DNA of 59,965 bases from a virus (Duplodnaviria > Caudoviricetes), in the IMG/VR virus record IMGVR_UViG_3300023174_000184, positions 1-59,965 of that record, one strand, 5' to 3'. This document shows, piece by piece, positions 47,337 to 56,271 of the stretch (the first letter of the stretch is position 1; every line of letters begins with the position of its first letter). The notes under the pieces are model-generated. The model had not been told where the DNA came from. It made no database searches and saw only the letters and a list, made by a program, of their open reading frames with translations. The translations under genes were made by a program, and so were the position numbers.

Positions 47337-47672
47337 TTACTTAAGGTATGTCTTAATTTCGTCTTTGTTTGCTAAACGAACAGCCTTATGATTTGCAATT
47401 TTTTCATAACGATTTTTGCTAACAAAACTATATCCTTTTGGAATTGTAGATCCGCCTGGAAGTGTCAAACTACGTAGTGTATAAATTGCAATATCTTCTG
47501 CTGAATTATCTTCAAACTTAGATACTGACTCTTCAACCTTTGGTGCTTCTACAACTGGTGCTTCTACAACAGGTGCTTCAACCTTTGGCTCTTCTAATAC
47601 TGGTGCTTCTACAATTGCCTCAACTACTGGAGTCTCAACAACTGGTGCATTTTCATTTTTATTTTCAAACAT
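47337..47672 (-). CDS. Hypothetical protein with (EAPVV)n repeats, paralogue of 46852..47292
   Basis: EAPVV/EAPKV repeats; C-terminal GYSFVSK...HKAVRLANKDEI. Confidence 0.6.
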   Translation of the reverse strand: MFENKNENAPVVETPVVEAIVEAPVLEEPKVEAPVVEAPVVEAPKVEESVSKFEDNSAEDIAIYTLRSLTLPGGSTIPKGYSFVSKNRYEKIANHKAVRLANKDEIKTYLK

Positions 47673-47700
47673 AATTCCTCCTTGTTAAATTATATCATAA

Positions 47701-47934
47701 TTACTTTTTACGACTAGATCTAAACCTACCTTGTGTTGCAAGCCTAATTCCACTTGGATCTCCAGATGGATTAACTGCGTTTGCTCCAGACGTTTCCCCT
47801 AAAATTGCCACACCATTTTGTCCAAGATACTGCTGTGTCATAGGTCCTGATGGACCCATTACTATTGCACCTACTACAACAAATGCTCCCTCTCCATTTA
47901 ATGGATTATTTGCATCTGTACCTGGATATGACAT
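47701..47934 (-). CDS. 77-aa protein homologous to the major capsid protein N-terminal arm
   Basis: YPG..LNGEGAF..GETSGANAVNPSGDPSGIRLATQGR versus MCP YPG..LNGQGSF..GVTSGPNAVHPTGTPGGILLPEQAR; AGGAG RBS. Confidence 0.7.
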   Translation of the reverse strand: MSYPGTDANNPLNGEGAFVVVGAIVMGPSGPMTQQYLGQNGVAILGETSGANAVNPSGDPSGIRLATQGRFRSSRKK

Positions 47935-47943
47935 AAAACTCCT

Positions 47944-47988
47944 AAAACTAAATTAAGGGGAGGGAGGATATTTCACCGCCCTCCCCCT
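47944..47988 (-). terminator. GC-rich hairpin/terminator after major capsid gene
   Basis: GGGGAGGG...CCCTCCCC stem with imperfect U-tract TTAATTTAGTTTT. Confidence 0.7.
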
Positions 47989-48007
47989 ATTTGGTTATAG
48001 ACTTATA

Positions 48008-49141
48008 TTATTCATCTGCTGCAGCGTCTGCGAAAGCAACTGCATCAAGTTCTTCCCACTGAATACCAAAACGAACGAATACTGTGTATTCGATTGTGTC
48101 CTTCTTTGGACGGTATTCACGGTTTACAGTGATATCACGCTGGAATCCCCAGATACGGTTCTGTGGGAATGTCAAATCGACATATCCTGCAGGGTAGTAA
48201 GGAACTTCCTGAACATCAATTCCTAGAACACGAGTTGTACGTGCTCCACCGAATGTCTGTCCTGTACCATCAAGGTATGCCTGACGGTTCTGCGCTGTAC
48301 CAGCAGGAACTGAAGAAAATGCTTCAGCAATTGCATCTGCAAGTGTTCCATTGTACTTTACAATACCCTGGAATGCATCTGTACCAGCATAAAACTTAAG
48401 ATTATTCTTAAGTGCACGGTACTTACGTGGCATTGCAAGGATAATATCCTGCATTACATTTGTGTTCCATGCGTTATCTGTTACTGTAACTATTGATTCG
48501 TGTGCTCCTGAACCATCAGCCTTAGCCTTTTTGATAAAACCATTCATGATTGAAAGGAAGTCACCTGTTGAACCATCGCCATTAATAGCAAGGTCTTCAA
48601 TATCGTTTGCAAATGCGTTAGTCATCAAGCGAACTAGATGATCTTCCAACGCACCTCCTTCAATATTATCTTCAAGTGCTTCTGTTGCTACTTCCCAGTC
48701 AAGACGAATCTTCTTGGTAGTAAGTTCAACCTTAGTAAAAGTTGCACCGACGTTTGTGTAGTTGTATGATGCTTGAGCAGCAGCACGAATTACACGCTCA
48801 CCGACGTTAACCTTATCAAGTTCCATTGTGTTTGCACGCATTGTAACTCTACGTCCATCTTGAGCGAGGACAGTTGCATCCCACACGTAATCAATGAAGC
48901 GACGAGCCTGTTCAGGCAATAGAATACCACCAGGGGTTCCTGTTGGATGTACTGCGTTTGGTCCAGATGTAACTCCTGTGATTGGTGTTGGGATATTTCC
49001 CATTGCACCACCACGAGTAGGAACTGCTCCGCTACCTGAAGTATCTCCTGATGCGAAAGAACCCTGACCGTTTAGTTCAGCGCCTGAGCCACCAGAACCT
49101 GGATAGTTCTTTACGATTTCTGTATTTGTTGTTTCCGACAT
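48008..49141 (-). CDS. Major capsid protein (HK97 fold)
   Basis: GGILLPEQARRFIDY, ELTTKKIRLDWEVATEALEDNIEG, FANDIEDLAINGD; AGGAGGTG RBS before MSETT. Confidence 0.92.
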   Translation of the reverse strand: MSETTNTEIVKNYPGSGGSGAELNGQGSFASGDTSGSGAVPTRGGAMGNIPTPITGVTSGPNAVHPTGTPGGILLPEQARRFIDYVWDATVLAQDGRRVTMRANTMELDKVNVGERVIRAAAQASYNYTNVGATFTKVELTTKKIRLDWEVATEALEDNIEGGALEDHLVRLMTNAFANDIEDLAINGDGSTGDFLSIMNGFIKKAKADGSGAHESIVTVTDNAWNTNVMQDIILAMPRKYRALKNNLKFYAGTDAFQGIVKYNGTLADAIAEAFSSVPAGTAQNRQAYLDGTGQTFGGARTTRVLGIDVQEVPYYPAGYVDLTFPQNRIWGFQRDITVNREYRPKKDTIEYTVFVRFGIQWEELDAVAFADAAADE

Positions 49142-49163
49142 ATTGTTCACCTCCTAGTGATTA

Positions 49164-50513
49164 TTATCGTTTGAATAGGTCGGTTGATTTGAGGAAACTA
49201 CCGCCCCATAGGGATTTATGAGTAGACATTTCTGCCAACTCCTGCACGATCTCGCCAAGATCGCCAGACTTGCGGAAAGCAGTGTCAGCCTCAACTTTAT
49301 CTACTCGCTTTCCAAACTCATTAAAGTTACCTTGAACATTTGCAACTTCATTTGCTACAGTTTCAACTTTATTGTTGACTGTTGCTAAATTTCCATTTAC
49401 ATCTGCAAGAGACTTTGATAGTTGAGCAACCTGATCGCTAATTGATTTTACGGTTGCTGTTAGGTCGCCAAAGGCATTAGTTAGAGAATCCTTAATGTCT
49501 GCAACAGCAGTGGCAACTGCTTCATCGTCAGACTTTTCTACTGTATGGATTTCTGGTTTAGCATCTGCATCTGAAGGATTATTTGGTGTTTCACCAATAA
49601 TATCTTGGCTATCTACAGCCTCATTGATATCCTTCTTTTCTACTTCTGCTTCTGTCTCTGGAGCAACCTCAACATTTGTAATTTCTTCTGTTGGTGCTTC
49701 TGGTGTAACTTCTTCAGTTACAACATCTTCAACAACTGTTGTTGTTTCATCTGTCATTGGATTTGCCTCCTTTGTCATCTTAATTGTTCTAATGCCTTTT
49801 GCACTATCAACTAAGAACTTTATTGTTTCTATATTTTCATCATCGTTTTCTACGAAACCAATATTTTTCATTGTCTTGCTACATGTAGGGCAGTCTTCTT
49901 GTGACTCTGGAGACACTCTTACGATGTCATCTGAATTACACCAGTAAACATTGTCAACTACTGCTTTTGATAAATATCCACCCATAACATTTTCCCCATT
50001 AACTTTTTCAATTGAAATAACATTAGCAAATTGGTTTGCTGGACTATCTACAAGAGATAACTCAAATAATTCATATTCTTTAATAACACGAATAGCCTTA
50101 TCAATTTCTACATTAAATTCATCATCAGACTTTGTAATATTTCCACCAATTGAAAAACCAGTTAGTGTTCCATCAAGAACCTTTTCCCAAGTATCTTGTG
50201 CACCCTTTGAAACATATGCTGAAACAAAAACTCCATTATAAAATTTCTTTGTTGATGGATCAAAATACTTATCCTCTTTAAAAGATACTACTTTGCCTAC
50301 TGCTGTTGGTTGATGCATTTCACGCAAATTACCACGAAACTTTTTAAAAGCCTCAAGGCTTGCCTGTGTATCTACAATGTCGCCCTGCTTATCAATATTA
50401 TCTAGTGTTGCAAATCCTGATACAAGGCGACGTTCTTGATCTACCTTGCCAATTGGCATAGAAAATCTTAGATTGTTGCCTTCAGTTGTCCAGTGTGCTT
50501 TATTGATACTCAT
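49164..50513 (-). CDS. Prohead (capsid maturation) protease fused to scaffold
   Basis: VSGFATLDNIDKQGD, LREMHQ, WEKVLDGTLTGFSIGG, ELSLVDSPAN; acidic coiled-coil C-terminal half. Confidence 0.9.
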   Translation of the reverse strand: MSINKAHWTTEGNNLRFSMPIGKVDQERRLVSGFATLDNIDKQGDIVDTQASLEAFKKFRGNLREMHQPTAVGKVVSFKEDKYFDPSTKKFYNGVFVSAYVSKGAQDTWEKVLDGTLTGFSIGGNITKSDDEFNVEIDKAIRVIKEYELFELSLVDSPANQFANVISIEKVNGENVMGGYLSKAVVDNVYWCNSDDIVRVSPESQEDCPTCSKTMKNIGFVENDDENIETIKFLVDSAKGIRTIKMTKEANPMTDETTTVVEDVVTEEVTPEAPTEEITNVEVAPETEAEVEKKDINEAVDSQDIIGETPNNPSDADAKPEIHTVEKSDDEAVATAVADIKDSLTNAFGDLTATVKSISDQVAQLSKSLADVNGNLATVNNKVETVANEVANVQGNFNEFGKRVDKVEADTAFRKSGDLGEIVQELAEMSTHKSLWGGSFLKSTDLFKR

Positions 50514-50553
50514 ATCAACTCTATTATATCAAATGTTTTCAAGGTTTTCTCAA

Positions 50554-52224
50554 TTATTGAGATGATCTACCTTGACCCTTTGCATTTCTTCCAGAGACTG
50601 TTGCTGCCCCGTCAGATTGGTTATTTGCTCTTTCACCATCACGAGTCCTAGTCTTTTTATTATTAGCATTTGCATCTGCTGCTGCCCTGGCAGTTAACTG
50701 AAGAGGTTGATCTCCATGTTGTGCCTGTGGAAGATTAAGAAGTTCACGAGCCTCATTTGGAAGCATAATTTGGTTCTTAACATATCTTTCAAGAATTTGA
50801 GATTGTGCAATTTCATCTGTAAGTGTAAGTTCATTAAACTTAAATTCAAGTACATCTGTTTTTTCTTTAATAACCTTATTGATAGTTTTTTCTAGATTTC
50901 TTTGTTCTGGACGAGAAACTTGTTCTTTGAATGTTCTATCTTGTGATAAAGCACCAGCAAGTGAGCCTGAGTCAGAACCACCAATTTTTGAGATAGGCAT
51001 CTGATGAGCAATAAAAATATCGTCACGATTTTGCTTGCGATACTCTTTAAATGATCCTTCTTGAATACCATTCTCAATAGCCTTCATTTCAAACTCAACC
51101 TTATTATGGTCTTGGTCTCCAGGAAGTGGTAAATATAGTGTTCTATGAGATTGAGCCTTTAGCCCTGTTTGTAAGAATCGGAACATCTTATCTTCTGCAT
51201 CTGGTGATAGTTTTGCACCCTTCAACATAATAATATATCTTGGTACCGCTTTATTTTCAAAATAATCGATATTGTACTGTGATGCCAACTGATCACCAAT
51301 TAGTGATGGTAGGGCAGCCACAATATCTGGAACTCCATAATATGTATTAAGTGGTGAATATTCTTTAATATGGATAATCTCATTTGGACGAGGGTCAGCA
51401 GTCAGTGGATTTAGATTTGTTGCTCCAAAATTACGGAAGTAAACTAACTTCTGACCAATAATTTGAACAAACCCATCCTTTAATCTACGAACACGAAGGG
51501 TTGTAGATGGAATGTGACCAACGTAACCAATATCTCCATTTACTGTTCGACCAATTTCAAGGTAGCCATTTCCCGTTGCTTGAACATCCGTGTAAACTTT
51601 TTCCATTGTTTTTGTAAAACTATCATCATCATTTAATGATTCAAGCCAATCACGCATTTGAAGTTTCATTCTTTCAATTCGCTTACGAGCACGATCTACA
51701 GCCTCTGCATCATCATTCATTTCCATACGTAACATTGTGCTGTCATTTACATTAAAGTCATATCCTAGACCAACAACATTTTCCACCTTTGCATCAATAG
51801 CAGCATGGTTAGCAAAAGATGTATCGTAAAAATTTGCTAATTCATAAAGATTGTATGGTGGAGTTATAACGTCAAAAATTCCATAACCATTTCTATAAAC
51901 AGTTCCAGGATTTAATTGTTTTGACTCTGCTCCATCTTGTCCCGTTGGACTTGCTTTTGCACCAGTAAGATATTCATCCATTGTGGCTGCATCATATGGA
52001 CGCATTGCATTTTTTGTATCAACATTTGAAAAAGAGGTATAGTCCCCACCATATGCTTTTTCTGTTCTTGTTGTTTTTCTTTTAAAGTTAACATCTAAAT
52101 TATTAAGAGATTTTAATTCATCCCATGAACGAATAAATGGATCTTGTCTTTTAAATATATTTTCTTCTTTTTCCTGAGTATTTAAACTTGCAGGAACAAC
52201 ATATTCATATTCTTCATCAGCCAT
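50554..52224 (-). CDS. Portal protein
   Basis: ITPPYNL, TGNGYLEI, NEIIHIK, YYGVPDI, YFENKAVP, LPNEARELL; start reassigned to MADEE. Confidence 0.92.
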   Translation of the reverse strand: MADEEYEYVVPASLNTQEKEENIFKRQDPFIRSWDELKSLNNLDVNFKRKTTRTEKAYGGDYTSFSNVDTKNAMRPYDAATMDEYLTGAKASPTGQDGAESKQLNPGTVYRNGYGIFDVITPPYNLYELANFYDTSFANHAAIDAKVENVVGLGYDFNVNDSTMLRMEMNDDAEAVDRARKRIERMKLQMRDWLESLNDDDSFTKTMEKVYTDVQATGNGYLEIGRTVNGDIGYVGHIPSTTLRVRRLKDGFVQIIGQKLVYFRNFGATNLNPLTADPRPNEIIHIKEYSPLNTYYGVPDIVAALPSLIGDQLASQYNIDYFENKAVPRYIIMLKGAKLSPDAEDKMFRFLQTGLKAQSHRTLYLPLPGDQDHNKVEFEMKAIENGIQEGSFKEYRKQNRDDIFIAHQMPISKIGGSDSGSLAGALSQDRTFKEQVSRPEQRNLEKTINKVIKEKTDVLEFKFNELTLTDEIAQSQILERYVKNQIMLPNEARELLNLPQAQHGDQPLQLTARAAADANANNKKTRTRDGERANNQSDGAATVSGRNAKGQGRSSQ

Positions 52225-52627
52225 TTTCGTAAGCATCTCTTCCATATGTGCTAAGTGTATCTTGTGCTGCCTTCCATGCACCAAGATCATTCATTGATGG
52301 TATAAGACCTTCTTTTAGTCTATCCATTTGCTCTGAGTGTTCTTCCTCAGAAATTCTTGTAAGACCAGGAACAAAAACTGCTTCTCCATCACCTGGATCG
52401 CCATTTCCCATTGCTGCCTGTTTTAATTTTGCAATTTGTGATACATCACCTTTCATTGAGGGGATGTTAAGTACAGATCCATTACCATCTGTAAACCATT
52501 TTCCGTTTGACTTCTTATAAACATAAAGTCCCCAGTCATAGTTCTTATCAATGACCTTACGACGTACATTTCCTACAATAGGCTTACCAGTTTTACGGTT
52601 AATTAGCGGATTATTATTCATGTCCAT
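52217..52627 (-). CDS. Hypothetical protein upstream of portal
   Basis: Leaderless: ATG 6 nt below TGATATACT; overlaps the portal start. Confidence 0.7.
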   Translation of the reverse strand: MDMNNNPLINRKTGKPIVGNVRRKVIDKNYDWGLYVYKKSNGKWFTDGNGSVLNIPSMKGDVSQIAKLKQAAMGNGDPGDGEAVFVPGLTRISEEEHSEQMDRLKEGLIPSMNDLGAWKAAQDTLSTYGRDAYENG

Positions 52628-52644
52628 ACCATAAGTATATCATG

Positions 52645-55600
52645 CTATACAGGTGTAGCAACGGTAGTGGACCAAATTGAGTTGCTATATACCTTTAATT
52701 TATCTGGATCTAATGTCATTCCTTCTCCATCATCAATGATAATCTTATTAGTTCCAAGGTATGTTTTATAAATATCTGAAATATTTACTCCATAGAGTTC
52801 TGTTGAAGATATGACCAAAACACCTTCCCATGTAAAGTTATTAGCCCAATATTGCCAGTCGTAGTTTGTTACATCTCCGTTTTCAACCTTAAACCAAGAT
52901 CTATTAATGGTGCTTTGAACTTGCTTAAGATTATTAGCCTGATAATACGCTATATTATTAAATGTTGCTGGACCAGTCATATTTATAGAGCCAATATATG
53001 AGTCAAACATAATTGCATTATTAAATATAATACCAAGTGCAGTCCAATCATTTAAACTTATAACTGGCTCACGAACCAATGTACCATTTATATAATAAGA
53101 CAAACCTTCAAAATAAGAATTATTGCTTTGATTTTTAGCATATATTTTTCCTCTTGTACCATTTTCAGAATTAGCAACTATATAAAATTTAATAATATCT
53201 GATTTATAATTAATTTCAAAAAGTTCTACCTCTGTATTACTAAAAAGCCTATCTTCATATTTTAACCATAACTGCATTGCACTAACACGATAATTTCCTG
53301 CATTAGTTTTATTTATTGGCATAGATATTCCACGATTAATTAGTGGATCAAAATCACCACGTACTTGTATCCCAGAATTTTTATTTAAATAAAGATATGG
53401 CGTACTTCCTTTATAAATACTAAATGGATTTTTTGATTTATAATCATAGTAATATCCAGAACGTTTATATGGAAAAATATCTACGCCAAATCTAGTTCCA
53501 ATCGGATTAAATGAGTTATTATTAAAGGCTTGAGATGCTACCTCTAACTTTCTTAACAATATTGGTTTTGTTAATATGCTTCTTACATTAAAGTCAAGAT
53601 GATAAACAATAGCAAGTTCATTAAAGTCAACGCTATTTGTTGGATATATTAATGTATTATCTACTACTTGAAACTTAGTTGATAACCAATTTGGGTATTC
53701 ATCCATATCAATAATTGCATTTTTTTCTGGCAAAACAATTGTAGAAAAACTGTCTTGTGTTGCATTTGCTCCATCTGAAATATATTGAAATGTTATATAA
53801 CTTTTAATTGATGCATTTTCAGTATCGTATTTAAAATATTTTAAAGCCCTTTGAGACATATCTTGGTAATTATTCCATCCAGAGTAAAGTGAGTTATCTA
53901 GTGATGAATATGTTTTTTGAATTGGAGTTTTATATGAGTTTTTAAGTTGTTCATAAGTCCATGATGTAGTTGTCTCTACTTCTAATAGTTTAGTTGGTGC
54001 TGGATACCCAATATTAAACTGCAAAAAATCTAAATCATAATATTGATTTCCAATATCATTTTCTACATATTTTGCAAAATATGATAATGGCATATAGTCT
54101 TCCCAATATCCAGAAACTCCAATATCTAAATAAAACTGACCGTAGTCTTCTGTTGGCAATAAAGTATAACTTGCGGTGTGATCAATTAATTCTTGACCAT
54201 CTTCAAGTATTGCAATACCATCATCATTAAAATGTGATGCAATATCTAAAGCATTTAAAGATGTTGAAAGTCCAACAGAATAAATTTTTCCAGTAAATGT
54301 TAAATTTCCTGTTTCATCTCCTCCTACATAAAACTTTAGACCATTTTGATTACCAAAAAATGCTGCAACATTTCCACCAAATGAATCAATCAATGTTTGA
54401 ATTTGAACTCCAAATGCTATTGGTTCTCCAACTGGAAATGAACTAACAGAATAAAATTCTTCTTCAATACCATTATAGGTTAAATAGTAATCAATATTTG
54501 AGCCATCTTTTCTTATACTAAAAAAATTTCCTGTAAGTGTATTATAAATTTTAAATAGTATTTGTTGTGAAATGTCCTCTTCATTAATTTCAAAAACACC
54601 ATAAATTGAATGAATTTGATCTGCAAGTATATTAAATCTTGGAAAGTTTATATATGTGTTTAGTCCATCCCAGGATCCATTAGGTCTAAAAGTAATAAAC
54701 TTATTTGTTCCTGATTGAATGACTTTGCAATCATCATATAAATTTTGAAGTGTTTTTGTTCCCAAAAATATTTCTGGAAGTTTATATTGAGGAGTTGTCA
54801 AAGAGGTATTTGTTGTTGTAAGATTATCAAAAGTTCCTTGTTGCCAACTTGCAAGATTTGGATAACTATAATTTGAAGCATATCCTGCAAGTGGGTAGTC
54901 AATAAATGCAGAAACACCACCATATGAAGAATTGATTTCTTCTGGAGACGTAACTCCTTGACCATAAACCCATCTACGTTTTGCAACTATAGTTGGAACC
55001 TGATATGGGTATATTGCAATACAATCAACTTCAATTGGTGTTACATCCTCATATGCATAAAACCCTAACCAATCATTTTCTTTTCCATTTAGCAAGTCTA
55101 GAATAGGTGGTAAATCTATAACTGAACTATCAATTGTAAAAGAAATAATCTCTTCACCATTCAATAATACACTTGCTAAGTTTTTAGTTATTCGAATATC
55201 AATGAGCATTGGTCTAATCCACTCACCAACAAAATATGATTGAAATGTTTTACCAATTACTAAAGTTAAAAATCCAGCCTCTACATATAAACCATCTGCA
55301 CTTGATATTGGACCAAATATTCTTTTTGCATTGTAAGTATTTGAATTAATTTTTGTCCAAAATTCTACAGTATAGTCTTTATATCTTCCTGATTCATTTA
55401 AAAAACCTTTTCCAGGAATAAGAAGTGATGGGCTTTGATTTGGATTTGCTTTTAATTGTGTAACATTTGATGCACCAAAAACCAAAGGTATGCTAGTATT
55501 TTTTGCAAGAAGATAGTTTTCATTAACAATATAGTATCCTTCATTAGATGACATTCCATATGCTGGTGCACTTATAACAAGATTGTCAGTAGTAATATTT

Positions 55601-56238
55601 ATCTGTTCTGGAAATGTGGTTGCAGTAACACCTAAAGATTGACTATTAAATTCTTCAGACCATTGTCCAAGACTTAAGCCATTAAAATAAATTTGATAAT
55701 CAGAAGAAAATTCTCCACCTTCAAGCATTGTAACTTTAATAACTAATCTTAAGTTTGTGTTTTCATTTGGAATATCAAATGTTTCTGAAATAAAAGCCCA
55801 ATTTTGATATAGAGATGTATCAAACTTTTTTAATTTTTGAACAGTAACTGATGTTGTTGTATCTGTATATTCATAGCCAATTTCAATTGAAGATAGGTAT
55901 GTACTATTTGAATAAAAATAAGATCCAAAACAAAATGTTCCAAGCGACTGTTCAAGATCTGAAAAATTAATAATATCTGGACTGATGCAAGTTATAGTAT
56001 TGGTTAGACTTGTTGGAATAATACCTTCTAAAATTGTAGTTGGACTTGCCTGGAATGGCTCATCTAAAATACTAGTTCCATTTGATGCTGATCCATTAGT
56101 TATTGTCCAACCAGAAAAAAGTTCACGATCTACATCATTTATTAAACTAATATAATCTACTTGGTCATCAAGTGCCCAAAGTACCGTTGGGTGCTCTGAG
56201 TAAATCTTTTCTGCATATAAGTTAGATGGATTAGACAT
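52645..56238 (-). CDS. Large virion structural protein with concanavalin/LamG-like region
   Basis: 1197 aa beta-rich; SEHPTVLWALDD start and YTVEFW motif; own TGCTATAAT promoter and AGGAG. Confidence 0.6.
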   Translation of the reverse strand: MSNPSNLYAEKIYSEHPTVLWALDDQVDYISLINDVDRELFSGWTITNGSASNGTSILDEPFQASPTTILEGIIPTSLTNTITCISPDIINFSDLEQSLGTFCFGSYFYSNSTYLSSIEIGYEYTDTTTSVTVQKLKKFDTSLYQNWAFISETFDIPNENTNLRLVIKVTMLEGGEFSSDYQIYFNGLSLGQWSEEFNSQSLGVTATTFPEQINITTDNLVISAPAYGMSSNEGYYIVNENYLLAKNTSIPLVFGASNVTQLKANPNQSPSLLIPGKGFLNESGRYKDYTVEFWTKINSNTYNAKRIFGPISSADGLYVEAGFLTLVIGKTFQSYFVGEWIRPMLIDIRITKNLASVLLNGEEIISFTIDSSVIDLPPILDLLNGKENDWLGFYAYEDVTPIEVDCIAIYPYQVPTIVAKRRWVYGQGVTSPEEINSSYGGVSAFIDYPLAGYASNYSYPNLASWQQGTFDNLTTTNTSLTTPQYKLPEIFLGTKTLQNLYDDCKVIQSGTNKFITFRPNGSWDGLNTYINFPRFNILADQIHSIYGVFEINEEDISQQILFKIYNTLTGNFFSIRKDGSNIDYYLTYNGIEEEFYSVSSFPVGEPIAFGVQIQTLIDSFGGNVAAFFGNQNGLKFYVGGDETGNLTFTGKIYSVGLSTSLNALDIASHFNDDGIAILEDGQELIDHTASYTLLPTEDYGQFYLDIGVSGYWEDYMPLSYFAKYVENDIGNQYYDLDFLQFNIGYPAPTKLLEVETTTSWTYEQLKNSYKTPIQKTYSSLDNSLYSGWNNYQDMSQRALKYFKYDTENASIKSYITFQYISDGANATQDSFSTIVLPEKNAIIDMDEYPNWLSTKFQVVDNTLIYPTNSVDFNELAIVYHLDFNVRSILTKPILLRKLEVASQAFNNNSFNPIGTRFGVDIFPYKRSGYYYDYKSKNPFSIYKGSTPYLYLNKNSGIQVRGDFDPLINRGISMPINKTNAGNYRVSAMQLWLKYEDRLFSNTEVELFEINYKSDIIKFYIVANSENGTRGKIYAKNQSNNSYFEGLSYYINGTLVREPVISLNDWTALGIIFNNAIMFDSYIGSINMTGPATFNNIAYYQANNLKQVQSTINRSWFKVENGDVTNYDWQYWANNFTWEGVLVISSTELYGVNISDIYKTYLGTNKIIIDDGEGMTLDPDKLKVYSNSIWSTTVATPV

Positions 56239-56271
56239 TTTTCTCCTAACCTAATTATAGCAGGCTAGAGA

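Noticed and set aside
47540-47650. 15-nt tandem repeats as possible array or origin iterons
   Set aside because: In-frame coding repeats (EAPVV) with wobble variation and no spacers.
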